NCBI GenBank assembly: GCA_000320545.1
Contig: ADNK01003065.1
Span: 1-64,000, forward strand
Direction: 5' to 3'
Origin: Bigelowiella natans CCMP2755
Lineage: Eukaryota > Protista > Cercozoa
DNA: 64,000 nt
Shown in pieces: positions 16,265 through 27,827 of this stretch (position 1 is the stretch's first letter; each line of letters opens with the position of its first letter). The notes under the pieces were generated by a model. It was not told the origin of the DNA, did not search any database, and saw only the letters and a list, made by a program, of their open reading frames with translations. Position numbers and translations under genes: made by a program.

Positions 16265-16682
16265 GCCCAAATATACTCCCCCAACTGCTGCTAGGTGCGA
16301 CGTTGTATCACCATTTCTTCTGATTCTACCATCACACACACGCACACGTACCAATACATTCGTATGTGTTGCTTGTTAAAGAGATCATCATATTTCTATC
16401 ATGAGTTGTTGGATGACCTGATTGGCTTTGCCAAGCTTGTTCACTTCCGCTATAAGGTCATACTTCTCTTCTTCCTAGTACATTTTTATGCAGATGGGGG
16501 GGGGAGATAAGGCGGGAGAGCAGAGACCAACGGGAAACAAGCCAGTAGTTCAATATAACAGCCGTAGTTGCATGCTAGCAGCAGCAGAAGAACCTTTCTC
16601 TTCAAAGCGACTTTGTACTCATAAATCTCACGGTTGGCGTCCTCAAGGTTGTAACCTGATAAATGATACATAGGGAAATAGA

Positions 16683-16722
<40 letters not shown>

Positions 16723-17341
16723 AGAACGACAAACGGAAAATCCGCTAATAAGAATAATAATAATAATAATAATAACAACAAATTAGAATGTCACATAAAG
16801 TGGAGAATAAGGAACAGAACGTCGAGCCGTGTTGGAGATGGAAGAAATGGCTATATTATATTGTTCGTTGCCCTTATCTCTTTCTCGTGGCAGGATTTGT
16901 CGTTGTGTTATTAATCAATTGTGATACCTTTTACGACTTTAAGCAGCTCTGCTCTAAGTTCTATCACTTCCTTGCCGCTCTCTTCAGCACTATTCATAAT
17001 AGAAACACGAAATAACACAGTATACAACCAGGAGGAGGAGAAGGTGACGAGGAAGAAGATGAAGAAGCAGAGGAGGGTAGAGGACAACGATCAGAACGGC
17101 AACGACAACGATAGGACTGAGAATTATGAAGACAAGCGCTTCATCTCTCCATCCCACGGAAACCACACCTTTTCACGATCGAGGTACGTTCTGCCTCCAT
17201 CTCGGCTATTTGCCGTTTGTATGATACCAATCTAACAACGAAGATGAATATAGTCAGAAATTGCCTCGATAATGATCGATAAAAATTGAATGAAGGGAAG
17301 GGGTATATCAACACACAATTGATGCGAATATACTAGTATGA

Positions 17342-17383
<42 letters not shown>

Positions 17384-18564
17384 TTACAGTACAGGCAGTT
17401 GTAGCGAAGGAGGATGGTGGTGAGGATTTATATTTCCAGTTGTTTTGTTTAGGTACTCACTCCTTGCGTAATGTATTTGTTTCTTTTTCGGTCTCCATAA
17501 TCGCACTTTCGATCTAAAAACAAAATGATATTGTTGTAGATGATGATGATGATATTGTTGGAGGTGGTGCTGGTAGTGATTGATAATGACATATTGCTAT
17601 ACTACCCGATGATATAGCATGGAAGTAAGTAGTATCATTACGGAATACATGGAGGAACGACAGTCTATATTAATGAGCAGCACGTGGTCTATATGGTGTT
17701 CTCTCAATCAATGCAGGAGCATATTATTTATTATAAACAGGTTACCTGCTGTTCCATCTTTATCCTCGTCTCCTCTTGACTGTGCAAGATCCTCTGTTTC
17801 TCCTCCTCCAATGCCGACACCTAACCATCATTTTTCACTTGATGCGCGCAGCTAGCTGGTGGGGTACACCCATTGTGGTATGGACGAAGATGTTGCATTA
17901 ATATTATTAAAAAATTGCTAATATTGTTAAAATGATTATCATTATGATACGTCAATAAGCGGTCATAACACACGAGCTACTGAGGAAATATCATAATAAA
18001 CGAACTACTCACGAACTTTCGATATTAGGCTTTTAATGTCTGCATCCTTTATCTCAAGCCTACCAGCGGCAAATAATAATAATAATAATCATCATCATCA
18101 TCATCATCATCGACGGGAAGGAACTAACAACGAATTAGACTATTTGAGAAATCGTAAATAGCCTACTATGCATTGCGGACGCTATTTGATGGAATCAATA
18201 GTCATCGTCGCCATCACCACCATCATCATCATCATCACCACCATCATCATCATCACCAACAACAACAACATCATCATCATCACAGTGCAAGCCGCAGTAG
18301 CAAAGGCATCATCAGCTACTATGATTGTTACTTTTCCATGGCCTCCGCTAACGACGACTCGAGCTCCTATAAGCAGTCGTCCATAGTCATTAGTGATAGT
18401 GTTAATAGGAGTACACATACCATATATCGTGGTAAACAGGCGGTACTTATCATTCATTATTGCTGTCATTAATCGTAACCTGATGCCTTCTTCCGTCTCC
18501 TATCTTCTCATTTAGTTCGCGCAACTTATGTTCTCTAAACTCGGCATCTTCAACCGCATTCTTG

Positions 18565-18614
<50 letters not shown>

Positions 18615-18648
18615 TCAGATATTTATCTTCAGAAAGGAGGTTTCAAGA

Positions 18649-18685
<37 letters not shown>

Positions 18686-18974
18686 TATGTATAGCATGCT
18701 GTTTTTGAAATCCGTCTACAACGAGTGCTGCTGCTGCCGAGATAGTTTCTTTCTGTTGTCGTCGATGATAATTACCAACCACGGTGTTCTTTTTTCATTA
18801 TAAAACTAGAAATATCTAAGGCCATCATCATCGACGACCTTGAGCCTGGTGTTATTTTCTTCTAATTTCGATTCTCGAATCTTGTGTTGCGAGAGAACGC
18901 TCTTAAGTTCCTCGATGTCATTAGACAATTCGTCTGTTACCATATACAAAAGCGCAGCCAAAGAGAAAGCAGAA

Positions 18975-19011
<37 letters not shown>

Positions 19012-19032
19012 ACTCATCTCTTGCTAACCCCC

Positions 19033-19071
<39 letters not shown>

Positions 19072-19481
19072 GATATTAAGGGACCATTTTGCGTTGAGAG
19101 ATTTTGTCTTTGCATCTCAAACTCCTGCTGCTGCCTAAATATCATATGTATAAATGTGTAAAATAATATGTGTGTGTGCGTGTGTGTTGTGTGTACAAGC
19201 TGTTCACAGTTGGACGTATCAGGCTTTCTGAAGTTGTTATCAGCATATTTAAAAAAATGAATAACAATGACCGTGTCATTATTTGTTGCATTTCGTTGAC
19301 GCGTTGTTGAATAGAGATTTCTTCCTCATCATCGACTTCCCTACGCTCAAGCTCGGCCTTGTTTAGTCGTAAACATGATAGTTTCATCACCACAGTACTA
19401 TTAGGAGGATTTGGGATAATAGTCTCAGTAGTGCAATTATAGCATAAGCCATGCCCATGTCCAGCATCATATCTACCGGAA

Positions 19482-19525
<44 letters not shown>

Positions 19526-20149
19526 TTACATCATAGCAGTTATAATTTTGACTATCCGACGTTTTGCTGCGAAATGATGTCTCTCGCCTCTTTCAGCTCC
19601 AACAACGCCATGCTGTAGTCCTTTTGAAGTGCCCCCTAATAGCGTAGAAACGATTATTGCGTAGAACGAGTTGTATCAATAGAGGGCAATGAGTGTGAGC
19701 ATAAGCATAGATGATAAGGAGAAGGAGAAGCGGAGGAAGAAAGAGGGACTAGAAAGAAGTAAGATAACCTTCACATATTTCTTCTCATACTCGGCGATCT
19801 TGTTCTCTCTCGCAAGGAGTTGCATCTTCAACTGCTCGACCTAAAATTAGTAGCAAGCTTCATTCATAATTCCTTTAATCTTGCCTTTTATTGACCTGAC
19901 GATGCAGCTCGGTAGCCTCTTCCAAGCCCATCCTGGAGGTACGGAGACCAAATTCTTTGCTCCCTCGATAATCCCCACCCCCCTCTCCGCGGTATTTCCT
20001 ACCATCCCCTCCGTCCATGGTGTGGGATCGACAGGGCGGTGAGGCTCCCTAATAAATATTGTCCTTGCGGGAAGCGAAAGGAGAAGAAGGGGCTGCCTGT
20101 TCCGCCAAATCGTTTCCCGCGCTTGTAACTTACACGAAATCCATGCCAT
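266..20149 (-). CDS. CEP290: Centrosomal/ciliary transition-zone coiled-coil protein CEP290; many exons, 3' end probably beyond the window, exact start uncertain (20149 or 20165)
   Basis: Spliced minus-strand exons give long coiled coil with CEP290-like blocks. GYNLEDANREIYEYKVALKRK (~16595-16655) resembles human GVYGLEDAVVEIKNCK. REWLVNEAGLP...VEKLERQRTELLEELHKQAIGVSEK-GFTFLGLKPDQ lies at ~15720-16180. LLKNESKSDEHGLVGKMSHELIALRT (~11200-11280) resembles QAQSDEKSLIAKLHQHNVSL. The comparison is from memory of the family. Confidence 0.85.
758..888. repeat. 42-bp tandem repeat x3 in CEP290 intron
   Basis: Unit ATGGCAATGGTGATAATAATACATCGTCATGATCGATGATTG at 758, 800 and 842 (one mismatch), plus a partial copy. 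Confidence 0.9.
14880..14970. repeat. (GGA)n followed by 15-bp tandem repeat GGAAAAGGAGAAGAA x~4, intronic
   Basis: Directly visible. Confidence 0.85.
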
Positions 20150-20413
20150 TGTCGGTCTGCGACATGGCTTATTCTTGATTAAGTTCTATAGTAAGTTCGT
20201 GGATGAACATTGTTGTTGTTGTTGTTGTTGTTGTTGTAGATCTACTAGGAAACTACTACTACTACTTACTACTACTACTCATAGATCTAGTTGTTCATAA
20301 TATTCTTCTTCTTCTTCTTTATTGTTACACTATTTGAATACACATAAACAACCACAAGAAGGAGAGAGGTGGGAGGAGGACTAGGAACAAGAACAAGAAC
20401 AAAAAACAACACG

Positions 20414-21590
20414 ATGACCCTCCCACAAGCATTAGCCACCCTTTTCCTCTTTGCAATAAATCCAGCGCAAGCTGCTTCGAGTGTTTCTGCCACAAACCCT
20501 ACAAGGACGTTCCCTCGCCGCGTATTCGCAACCCAGCTCAGAAGGCAACATTTGCTGCCCTCGAAAGCTGCTCAAAATAACGATGCGACGATGAACGATA
20601 GAAATCCAGTTGGTCGTAGGCCCGTGGTATTGTCTGGGATTCCTTTTGGCTTGGCAGCGGTTGCAATAATCAAATCACTCTCACTAAAGAAATCGACAAA
20701 AAAAGTACAGTACGGAGTAACATGTTTGATATCGTAGGCGGGTGCGATGGGAGCAGCACCAACAGCTCCTGTTGACGCAGCGGTCGAGGCACAAGCTGGA
20801 GTAGATGGTCCATTTTATGTCCAGTTTGAAGTGGCGCTATCTGACCAGAGGACAGAACCTGTCACAATCGAGGTAGTAGTAGTACCAGCAGAGGAAGATA
20901 AATTTAGAACAAGTTTGGTAACTTTTCACTATTACACAACTTTGCAGATCCATCCTGATTGGGCCCCACTAGGCGCTGCACAATTTCAAAAGCTCGTTAA
21001 CGATGGGTACGTGTCGACGTGTCTGATCACAACATGCTGCCCCAGCTTGTGGTCGTAGTAATCCGAACAATTCTCTCACTCGAACAACTCAAATAAATGT
21101 GAACCAACTCCTTTTAAATCCTTACACAATAATTCCACTAACAGGTTTTACGATGATTGTCGGTTCTTTCGTGTAGTTGATGGATTTGTCGTTCAATTCG
21201 GGTAGTATATCGCCTGACTTGTTTGTATTGTCTCTGTGATGTGGAATAGCAGCCACGCTGGTGATGATGACTCACGAGTAATCAAGTTCTGTTGCACGGC
21301 TCACTTATTCCTATATGTAGGCTTAACGGAGATCCTGAAATCAACAAAAAGTACCGCAAACCGATTCCTGATGACAAAGTAGTAAAAAAAATTAGAGGAG
21401 GGGGGGGGGGTGGGATGGGAAGAAGAGCTGTGGGATAATGGAATAACTATCAAAATCCAAAGCTAGCCAAGTTGTGCATTGTTATTCATAAGTGGTTTCT
21501 CCAAGTGTAAGACTCATTATAATAAAGTAATATTGCATCCCTCTATTGATTTGTTCTCCTCCTTCAACCACAACCATCCTCTATTCTAAC

Positions 21591-21623
<33 letters not shown>

Positions 21624-22259
21624 GGTGAGGCAGAGTAACGTGCGTGGAACGGTGACATTTGCTACTTCAGGGCCAAATAGGTGTGACAATTGGGTTTTAC
21701 CGTCGATGGTAGCAAACACGAGTAACATAATGATGGATGATGATGATAGTATGATAATGCAACACCCATATTTGGTTGTCTCGGCATTTTCCCACAAATT
21801 TTGTTTCTATTTTCGCAGTCGTACAACCCAGATGTTTATCAACTTGGGAGATAACACTTTCCTGGATACGAGGTGGCATATACTAAGTTGTATGAGTTTG
21901 TCACAGTGCTGTTTTTAATCTAAATCCGTAGAGATCATTGGCATATCATTGCTTCTAATTCTCATTATTACTGTAGAGGCTTTGCACCCATCGGCAGGGT
22001 CGTTGGAGATGGGATGAGAGCTATTGATGCTATATATGGCGGTTATGGAGAGGGCGCTCCAGCAGGAAGCGGGCCTGATCAAATGAGGATTCAAAGACAG
22101 GTAATGAAACTTATCTGTATGTTTCTTGTGTGACCATGTAAGAGAAAGAAGAGAGCCTAAGTATCACTCTGACTTTAGGGCAACGTTTATCTCACGAAGA
22201 ATTTTCCTAAACTTTCGTATGTGTCGAAAGCAGCGATTGTATCGGGTAAAAACGAGTAA
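20414..22259 (+). CDS. Cyclophilin-type peptidyl-prolyl isomerase with plastid/thylakoid targeting presequence (9 exons)
   Basis: Spliced GT-AG exons read [46 protein letters not shown]...[42 protein letters not shown]...GNVYLTKNFPKLSYV, with stop TAA at 22257-22259. The N-terminus MTLPQALATLFLFAINPAQA is followed by an S/T/R-rich segment, then RR, a hydrophobic stretch and an AxA-like site. Confidence 0.92.
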
Positions 22260-23162
22260 ATCAACCCTCATTCGCAGACATCATCAGCGAATCAATGCGT
22301 GCATGCGTACGCGTGATAAAATTAGATGAACAAAGAATTCAGATTTTCTGCATTGCATCATCACAATGGATCGCTAGATCGCCATGAATCGAAGTGCGCG
22401 CTTGGTGCATGCACATGTTCGCCATTGCAAAACAACTTTTGTTGCTAAGAACGTCAACATTTGAAAGCATGATGATGACAGACATGCAATGTGACATGCA
22501 CATGGTGTCACATTGCTGTGATGCAACGCCGTTCTAGCTGGTGTTGGTTGCGCGTGCACGTCCACGCCATGCATTGCTAGATTGATTGTTGGTCGAGATT
22601 CTCCATCAATCGGTTTGCATGAACCGCGCAAGCAACGTCTAGACGTGTGATGCCCGTGAGATGAGGATTCGAGAAGTGAGCACTTGTGCGCAGCCGGCTT
22701 CCAAACTCCAAACCAATTGCTCCAAACGTGCAAAAATCGTTCTGTCACGTGCAGGCTTGTGCAAGCGATCAGTGAAGCAATCAGTTGGTGCACAGCGCCG
22801 AAATCGCTTGAGGTGTTCAAGGAGGTCAGTTGATCGATGAATGCAACTTCTCGTCAACGTAGTGCGAAAGTTTCCACGCGAGAATTGCTTCAGCTCGTTC
22901 GCACGATGCACACAGTGGACATCGCCAGCAAAAGAAGAAGAAGACGAACTACATTTCCAAAATGTTGCAAGAAGAAGAATCAATGTGAATGTTGAATGGG
23001 GAACAACAACTACGTGCAAACCAAACCAACAAAGTGAGACAGAGTCAAGAAATCAGGAAAATTATAGAAATCCACGGGTGGACTGATCCATTTGTTTTCT
23101 CTCAAAAATCTGAATTTCAAATGCTATAAAAAATCCTACAATTGGCCATGATTCTTGACCAA

Positions 23163-23198
<36 letters not shown>

Positions 23199-23315
23199 CG
23201 AAAGTACGAGTAGATCTTACCAAACTTAGTTGTAATTACTCATCGTCACGCCATTCCCTCCCCCCCCCCGGCTACAAAAACTGCAAATCTTTTGCTGAAG
23301 AACACGGGTATCCAA

Positions 23316-25385
23316 ATGATGGCGTCGGAATTCACTGCCGCCTTGAAGGACATGCAGAAAGATCTGAGGGCCAAGTACGCACGTCTGGAAACCAGGGCCA
23401 AGCAACGAAGTAATCGCCCAATCCCCCGAAAGCTGACCGCAAAGGAACGAGCATTAGCCATCTTGAGGAAAAAGGGTGGATTAGGTTTTGGTGTTGGGAA
23501 AGGGCCAACGCGGAAGTCAAATAATCCTGTAGGCAAGACAAGTCCAGCTCCTGCTGTTACAACCAGGAGGAATGTCGGATTGAGGGATTCTAGAAAGGCC
23601 GCCACCAGCAGCAAGCGTCGTCGAGTTGGGGAGGGGGGGGCGGGGCAAGAAGAATGGAAACCCCCGACATCAAAAAGAAGACCTTCCGTTGGTAATAAGC
23701 CTACCAAGCCAACTCCAAGACCAAACATAAGGAACCCGGCAGGTGGAAAAGAAGGGGGAGGACTTAAACACGGCCCAAAAATGAGTAAGCCGAAGAAACA
23801 GCACCAAGATGCTTCTTCATCTTCTCCATTAGAAACGAAAATATCAAAAGCAAAGTCAATACCGAAGAAGGCAACAAGCGCATCAGTTGCGCAAATACCA
23901 AGAAGTGGGGAAGAAGACGAAAGCTCGTCATCGGCAGCAGCAGCAGCAACAACAGCAGCATCGGCACCAGGCCCCAAACAGGAACAGGAGGCAATTCCGG
24001 AGGGTACTAATCCTGGCAATAGCGGTGCGAACGCGGAAATGTATGGAGGCAGAGGCGGAGGGGGACGAGGAAGAGGACGGGGTAGAAGGGGTCGGGGAAG
24101 ACATGGCACTGGACGGGGAGGAGGTGGGGGGGGGATAAGGAAGAAAGGTTCCAACACCGAGGACAACTATCCCGTGTTAGAGTACTCCAACAATAAGTTT
24201 AAATACCAAGTCATGCAGTTTGTTGATGCTATTCATAAGCCAGATGACCAATTTCCCGTGGGAGTTGTTCCCGATGAAAAGACTCGGCTGGCAATCCATA
24301 AAACGAATTACCACCTGCGGCAGAACCAAACCGATCCTTTCTCTGTAAAGGAATACACCGCACAGATGCGTCTTCTCGGTCCCAATTTTCCAAGGAGGAA
24401 GTATCGTAGAAGAAAGAACGAGTTCAAATCCGTCAATCACTGGGCGCAACGGAAAACTGTGGTGCAGGAGATCGAATTCCTCACTAAGTATGCCAAACAG
24501 GGAGACTACATCGTCTATATAGGTGCGGCGCCGGCGATGCATTTCAACTACCTTGTGGAGTTATTCCCAACTCTCACATGGGAACTCTACGACTTACCAG
24601 AGAATAAGTACCACATAGAACCTAGTGAGTCGGTTAGAATACACACCTCCATGCTGACAGAAGACGACCTTAAGGCATGGGCAGAGTCGCGCGAAAATGT
24701 TCTCCTAATATCTGGACTTAAGCCTAAGAATGAGCGCAACAGGGATGCCATATACGCCTATCTCGACATGCAGGAAACGGTTTATAAGGCTATTCAACCT
24801 AGGAAAGCTCTTCTTCGGTTTGAGCTGCCATGGGGTAAAGGCCGAAAACGCTATCTCGACGGTAGACTGTACCTCCCTGTCTGGGGCACGCAAACGTCTC
24901 TGAAGACCTACTTGGTACCGTATGGCGTCGATAAACAAAAGAACTGGGATCTTAACGAATACGAAGAGTGGATGTTCTACTTTAACACAGTTCACCGCGT
25001 GCAGTACTATCGTCACAATCTCTATGGGTTGCGGGGGGTCGACCACTGCTATGATTGTGCTAGTGAGGAATTTATCCTGCGGATGTACCTGATGAAATAT
25101 CATAACATCTTTGTAAAGCAGTGGGAGCGCAATGAGAGGCATAGTGAGGGTACTCTATACCTCCTATCTGAAGGTCAATTTCCAAGCCGAAGCCAGATTA
25201 AGGAGCAAACATTACGGTTCATGAAACAGTTGTGTAAGGTATGCTCAACTTCATCGCACCGTGAGATGCATTACAATCCCCCACCAGCCCAGGTTCGGGC
25301 TCGATGGTTTTATGGGGATGATGCAGAGGCACAGCAGAAGAGGGCAGAATTTGAGTATGCTCAAAAGAACGCCGACCTCATGTAG
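23316..25385 (+). CDS. Intronless VP39/poly(A) polymerase regulatory subunit-family cap 2'-O-methyltransferase homolog with basic/RGG-rich N-terminus; catalytic residues appear degenerate
   Basis: Single 2070-nt ORF from ATG 23316. Motifs HWAQRK..QEIEFL, YIVYIGAAPAMH, LFP..WELYD, LPWG...YLDGRLYLPVWG, YEEWMFYFNTVHR and DHCYDCASE are typical of eukaryotic/NCLDV VP39-like cap MTases. Confidence 0.88.
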   Translation: MMASEFTAALKDMQKDLRAKYARLETRAKQRSNRPIPRKLTAKERALAILRKKGGLGFGVGKGPTRKSNNPVGKTSPAPAVTTRRNVGLRDSRKAATSSKRRRVGEGGAGQEEWKPPTSKRRPSVGNKPTKPTPRPNIRNPAGGKEGGGLKHGPKMSKPKKQHQDASSSSPLETKISKAKSIPKKATSASVAQIPRSGEEDESSSSAAAAATTAASAPGPKQEQEAIPEGTNPGNSGANAEMYGGRGGGGRGRGRGRRGRGRHGTGRGGGGGGIRKKGSNTEDNYPVLEYSNNKFKYQVMQFVDAIHKPDDQFPVGVVPDEKTRLAIHKTNYHLRQNQTDPFSVKEYTAQMRLLGPNFPRRKYRRRKNEFKSVNHWAQRKTVVQEIEFLTKYAKQGDYIVYIGAAPAMHFNYLVELFPTLTWELYDLPENKYHIEPSESVRIHTSMLTEDDLKAWAESRENVLLISGLKPKNERNRDAIYAYLDMQETVYKAIQPRKALLRFELPWGKGRKRYLDGRLYLPVWGTQTSLKTYLVPYGVDKQKNWDLNEYEEWMFYFNTVHRVQYYRHNLYGLRGVDHCYDCASEEFILRMYLMKYHNIFVKQWERNERHSEGTLYLLSEGQFPSRSQIKEQTLRFMKQLCKVCSTSSHREMHYNPPPAQVRARWFYGDDAEAQQKRAEFEYAQKNADLM

Positions 25386-26107
25386 CACGGCATGGTAGAT
25401 CCAGCCAGGCATGATACTGTGTGTGACAATGACTAGATGATGCACGACGATCTTGATGATGATTTTTATACAAATATCATTACATATATTGTATGATTAT
25501 TCGATCTAGCGATTTAGCGTGGCATGGCTAGATGGTATGCGTGGTGTGCATATATTTCAGTCAGCGGTCCATCGCAATCGTTGTATGTCTGGACATTCGC
25601 AGCTGTTTACGGTGCTAGCTAGCTAGCAGAGTGGTGGCGGCTGTGACGTGGAAGCACACGCCCGTCTTGCAACTGTTATCACCGATAGACGCTCTCTCGC
25701 TGATATTGATGTATTGATATTTGCATGCTTGTGCTTGCACAATAAGACTAGTCACGCTGTTTAGATGCTAGCATGCTAGCATGAGGAACAGATGCGATAT
25801 CTAGATTTGATGATTAGCACCATTATATTAAATGCAGACCCATCTACCATGCAAAGCGTTCTCTAACTGGCAACCTAGCAACGCGCATGTCAACCAATCT
25901 AGAAATGTAAGAGTTAGGGTTTGGTGCAGCTAGAATGGCGTGCAGTAGCACAGTCGTTCGCCTTTTTGCATAGCATCCTCGCTCATTAGTCAATGTGGCT
26001 AATTGTATCGCATGCAAGAGCTGAATATTGTGAACCTTATTTCTTTTCGTGTTTTGTATTGACATTAAAGCATGGTGAAAATATGTGATCATTGGACTTA
26101 TTCGGGC

Positions 26108-27624
26108 TTATTTTTTAGATTGACGTGCCATACTTTCCCGACATTGAGAGACTGAGGCGTCCAAACGCAATGAGCACTGCTTTAATAGGGAAGGATGTTC
26201 GTGTTGGCCATCTTTATTCATACCAAAGAACTTTCTAGTAGAGGGAGCGATTAATTTTAATGCATTAAGGATTCTCTTATCTCGGTGCTCCAATCCTCGA
26301 CATGGCTCATGCTGATATGGCTTTGGTGATCCTGTGATGTGATCAGCTGAAGCATGAATGCTTTCACTGCTAACAAATTCAACCCCTTCTAGATTAGGTG
26401 CCTCCTGAAAAAAAAATTCAAAGTAATCCATCATTTTTTGTGGTGTGGATATTTGAATGTGGTTTCGTTACCATGTCTTTGATGTAGTCAGTAAATCCTC
26501 CAACTGCCATGGATTTGAGTTTGAGACCGAAAATGTCCCATAACAATCCTTGATCTTTGTCTGCTCCTACAAAATTCCAAGCTCCTTTCTTTCCAATTTG
26601 ACCCGGATTTGCTCGAATAGCCTCTGGCCATACTTGCGGTGTTTGGCCGCGCTTATCCCAGCCTCCTTCCTCTGAGAAGCCTCCACCGAGATCTTCAAGC
26701 CATGCTTCCGTCGCTTTCTGTGATGGCTTCATGAACCAAACTCCAGCATTCACTGGAGATCTCCCGCCAAGAGATGTGAGAAACTGCTTATCTTGGTCGA
26801 TAAAGTTCTTTGCAGTGTCTGCAAGAGACTCGGCATTAAGCACGTATGCGTCTTGGTCCAAAAAGACAACAGCATCGTAATTTGTAAGTGCCGCAGCGGC
26901 AGGCTTCATCTGTTGGATAGTTCGAAGGCGGAGCATACGAAGTGCTTCTCCATTGTGCTTTGTGGTTGTTGTGTTGAAGTCGACGGCCTGTTCACATAAA
27001 CTAGCACTAGCTTTATGATTCTCACGATCTTCTTCCATTCCCATGCACGCGAACAATTTAAGATCCTTTGAAAGTGGCAGGCGGCGAAGGCTCAGAGCAT
27101 CAATCGAGTCCAAAATGCTACCAGGGATTGATTCGTCATGCATAACCACAATGTCATAAGATAGACCAGTCTTCCTTTGATGTGCATTCGCAGTATCAAT
27201 GATATCTTTGTGGGCGGCAATATGGGACATCACTCCACAAAGGTATGTGCAAGCACTACCCTGAGTGACCTATCATAAAATTCGATCGTTGGTTAATTGA
27301 TGAGAAACTCAATGTAATGCTGATATTTCTACCCGTGTACATTCCTGGGGGAGTGTCAGCCCAGCCATAACTACAATAGCTACGCAAGATGTTCCTTCCC
27401 CACAATTTGAGCTGTCAAGTGATGTAATCCATGGCAAATGAGGCTGTAACGCGAGATCATCGACAATAAACTAAGTACCTTCCCGTCGGTGATTGCAAGT
27501 GAACGTTGTCCCGGTGAAGCTGAAGACCTGGGTCCATATCTTTGTTGCGACGGGAGAAATCGGTTCTCCAAAGAGCTGATGATGGAGGCGCAAGAAGTAG
27601 CAACAAGTAGATGAAGAAGGCCAT
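26108..27624 (-). CDS. Secretory-pathway glycosyltransferase, GT8-like (4 exons)
   Basis: Signal peptide MAFFIYLLLLLAPPSSA; YDAVVFLDQDAYV (DxD); VNAGVWFMKPS; DQGLLW; HITGSPKPY. Introns are GT-AG and keep frame. Confidence 0.8.
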
Positions 27625-27827
27625 GTTGTAAATGTGACCAAAGGATCTTTCTGAGGGGACGATCTTGAATTTCAAGAATCCTAGAGCACAGTCATTAGTG
27701 GAACACCAATGCAGTAGTGCAGCAAGCTCATGCGAAGCAAGTAAATGGGTTTTGAGGAAAGGCTGTAAACTGATTAATGGACTGTAGGTATAATATATTT
27801 CGAGGTTAGAGACACAAGTGTCACATA

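Noticed and set aside
300-19520. Dozens of short ORFs with poly-S/H/T/L/CV/IY tracts
   Set aside because: Translations of intronic microsatellites or antisense frames of CEP290 exons.
22374-23086. Overlapping 81-148 aa His/Cys-rich ORFs
   Set aside because: Expected artefact of TpA loss, which removes TAA/TAG stops; no recognisable domain. The same applies to the ORFs at 39204-39876 and 61433-62186.
23246-24166. 306-aa minus-strand ORF
   Set aside because: Antisense shadow of the GC-rich, low-complexity N-terminus of the cap-MTase homolog.
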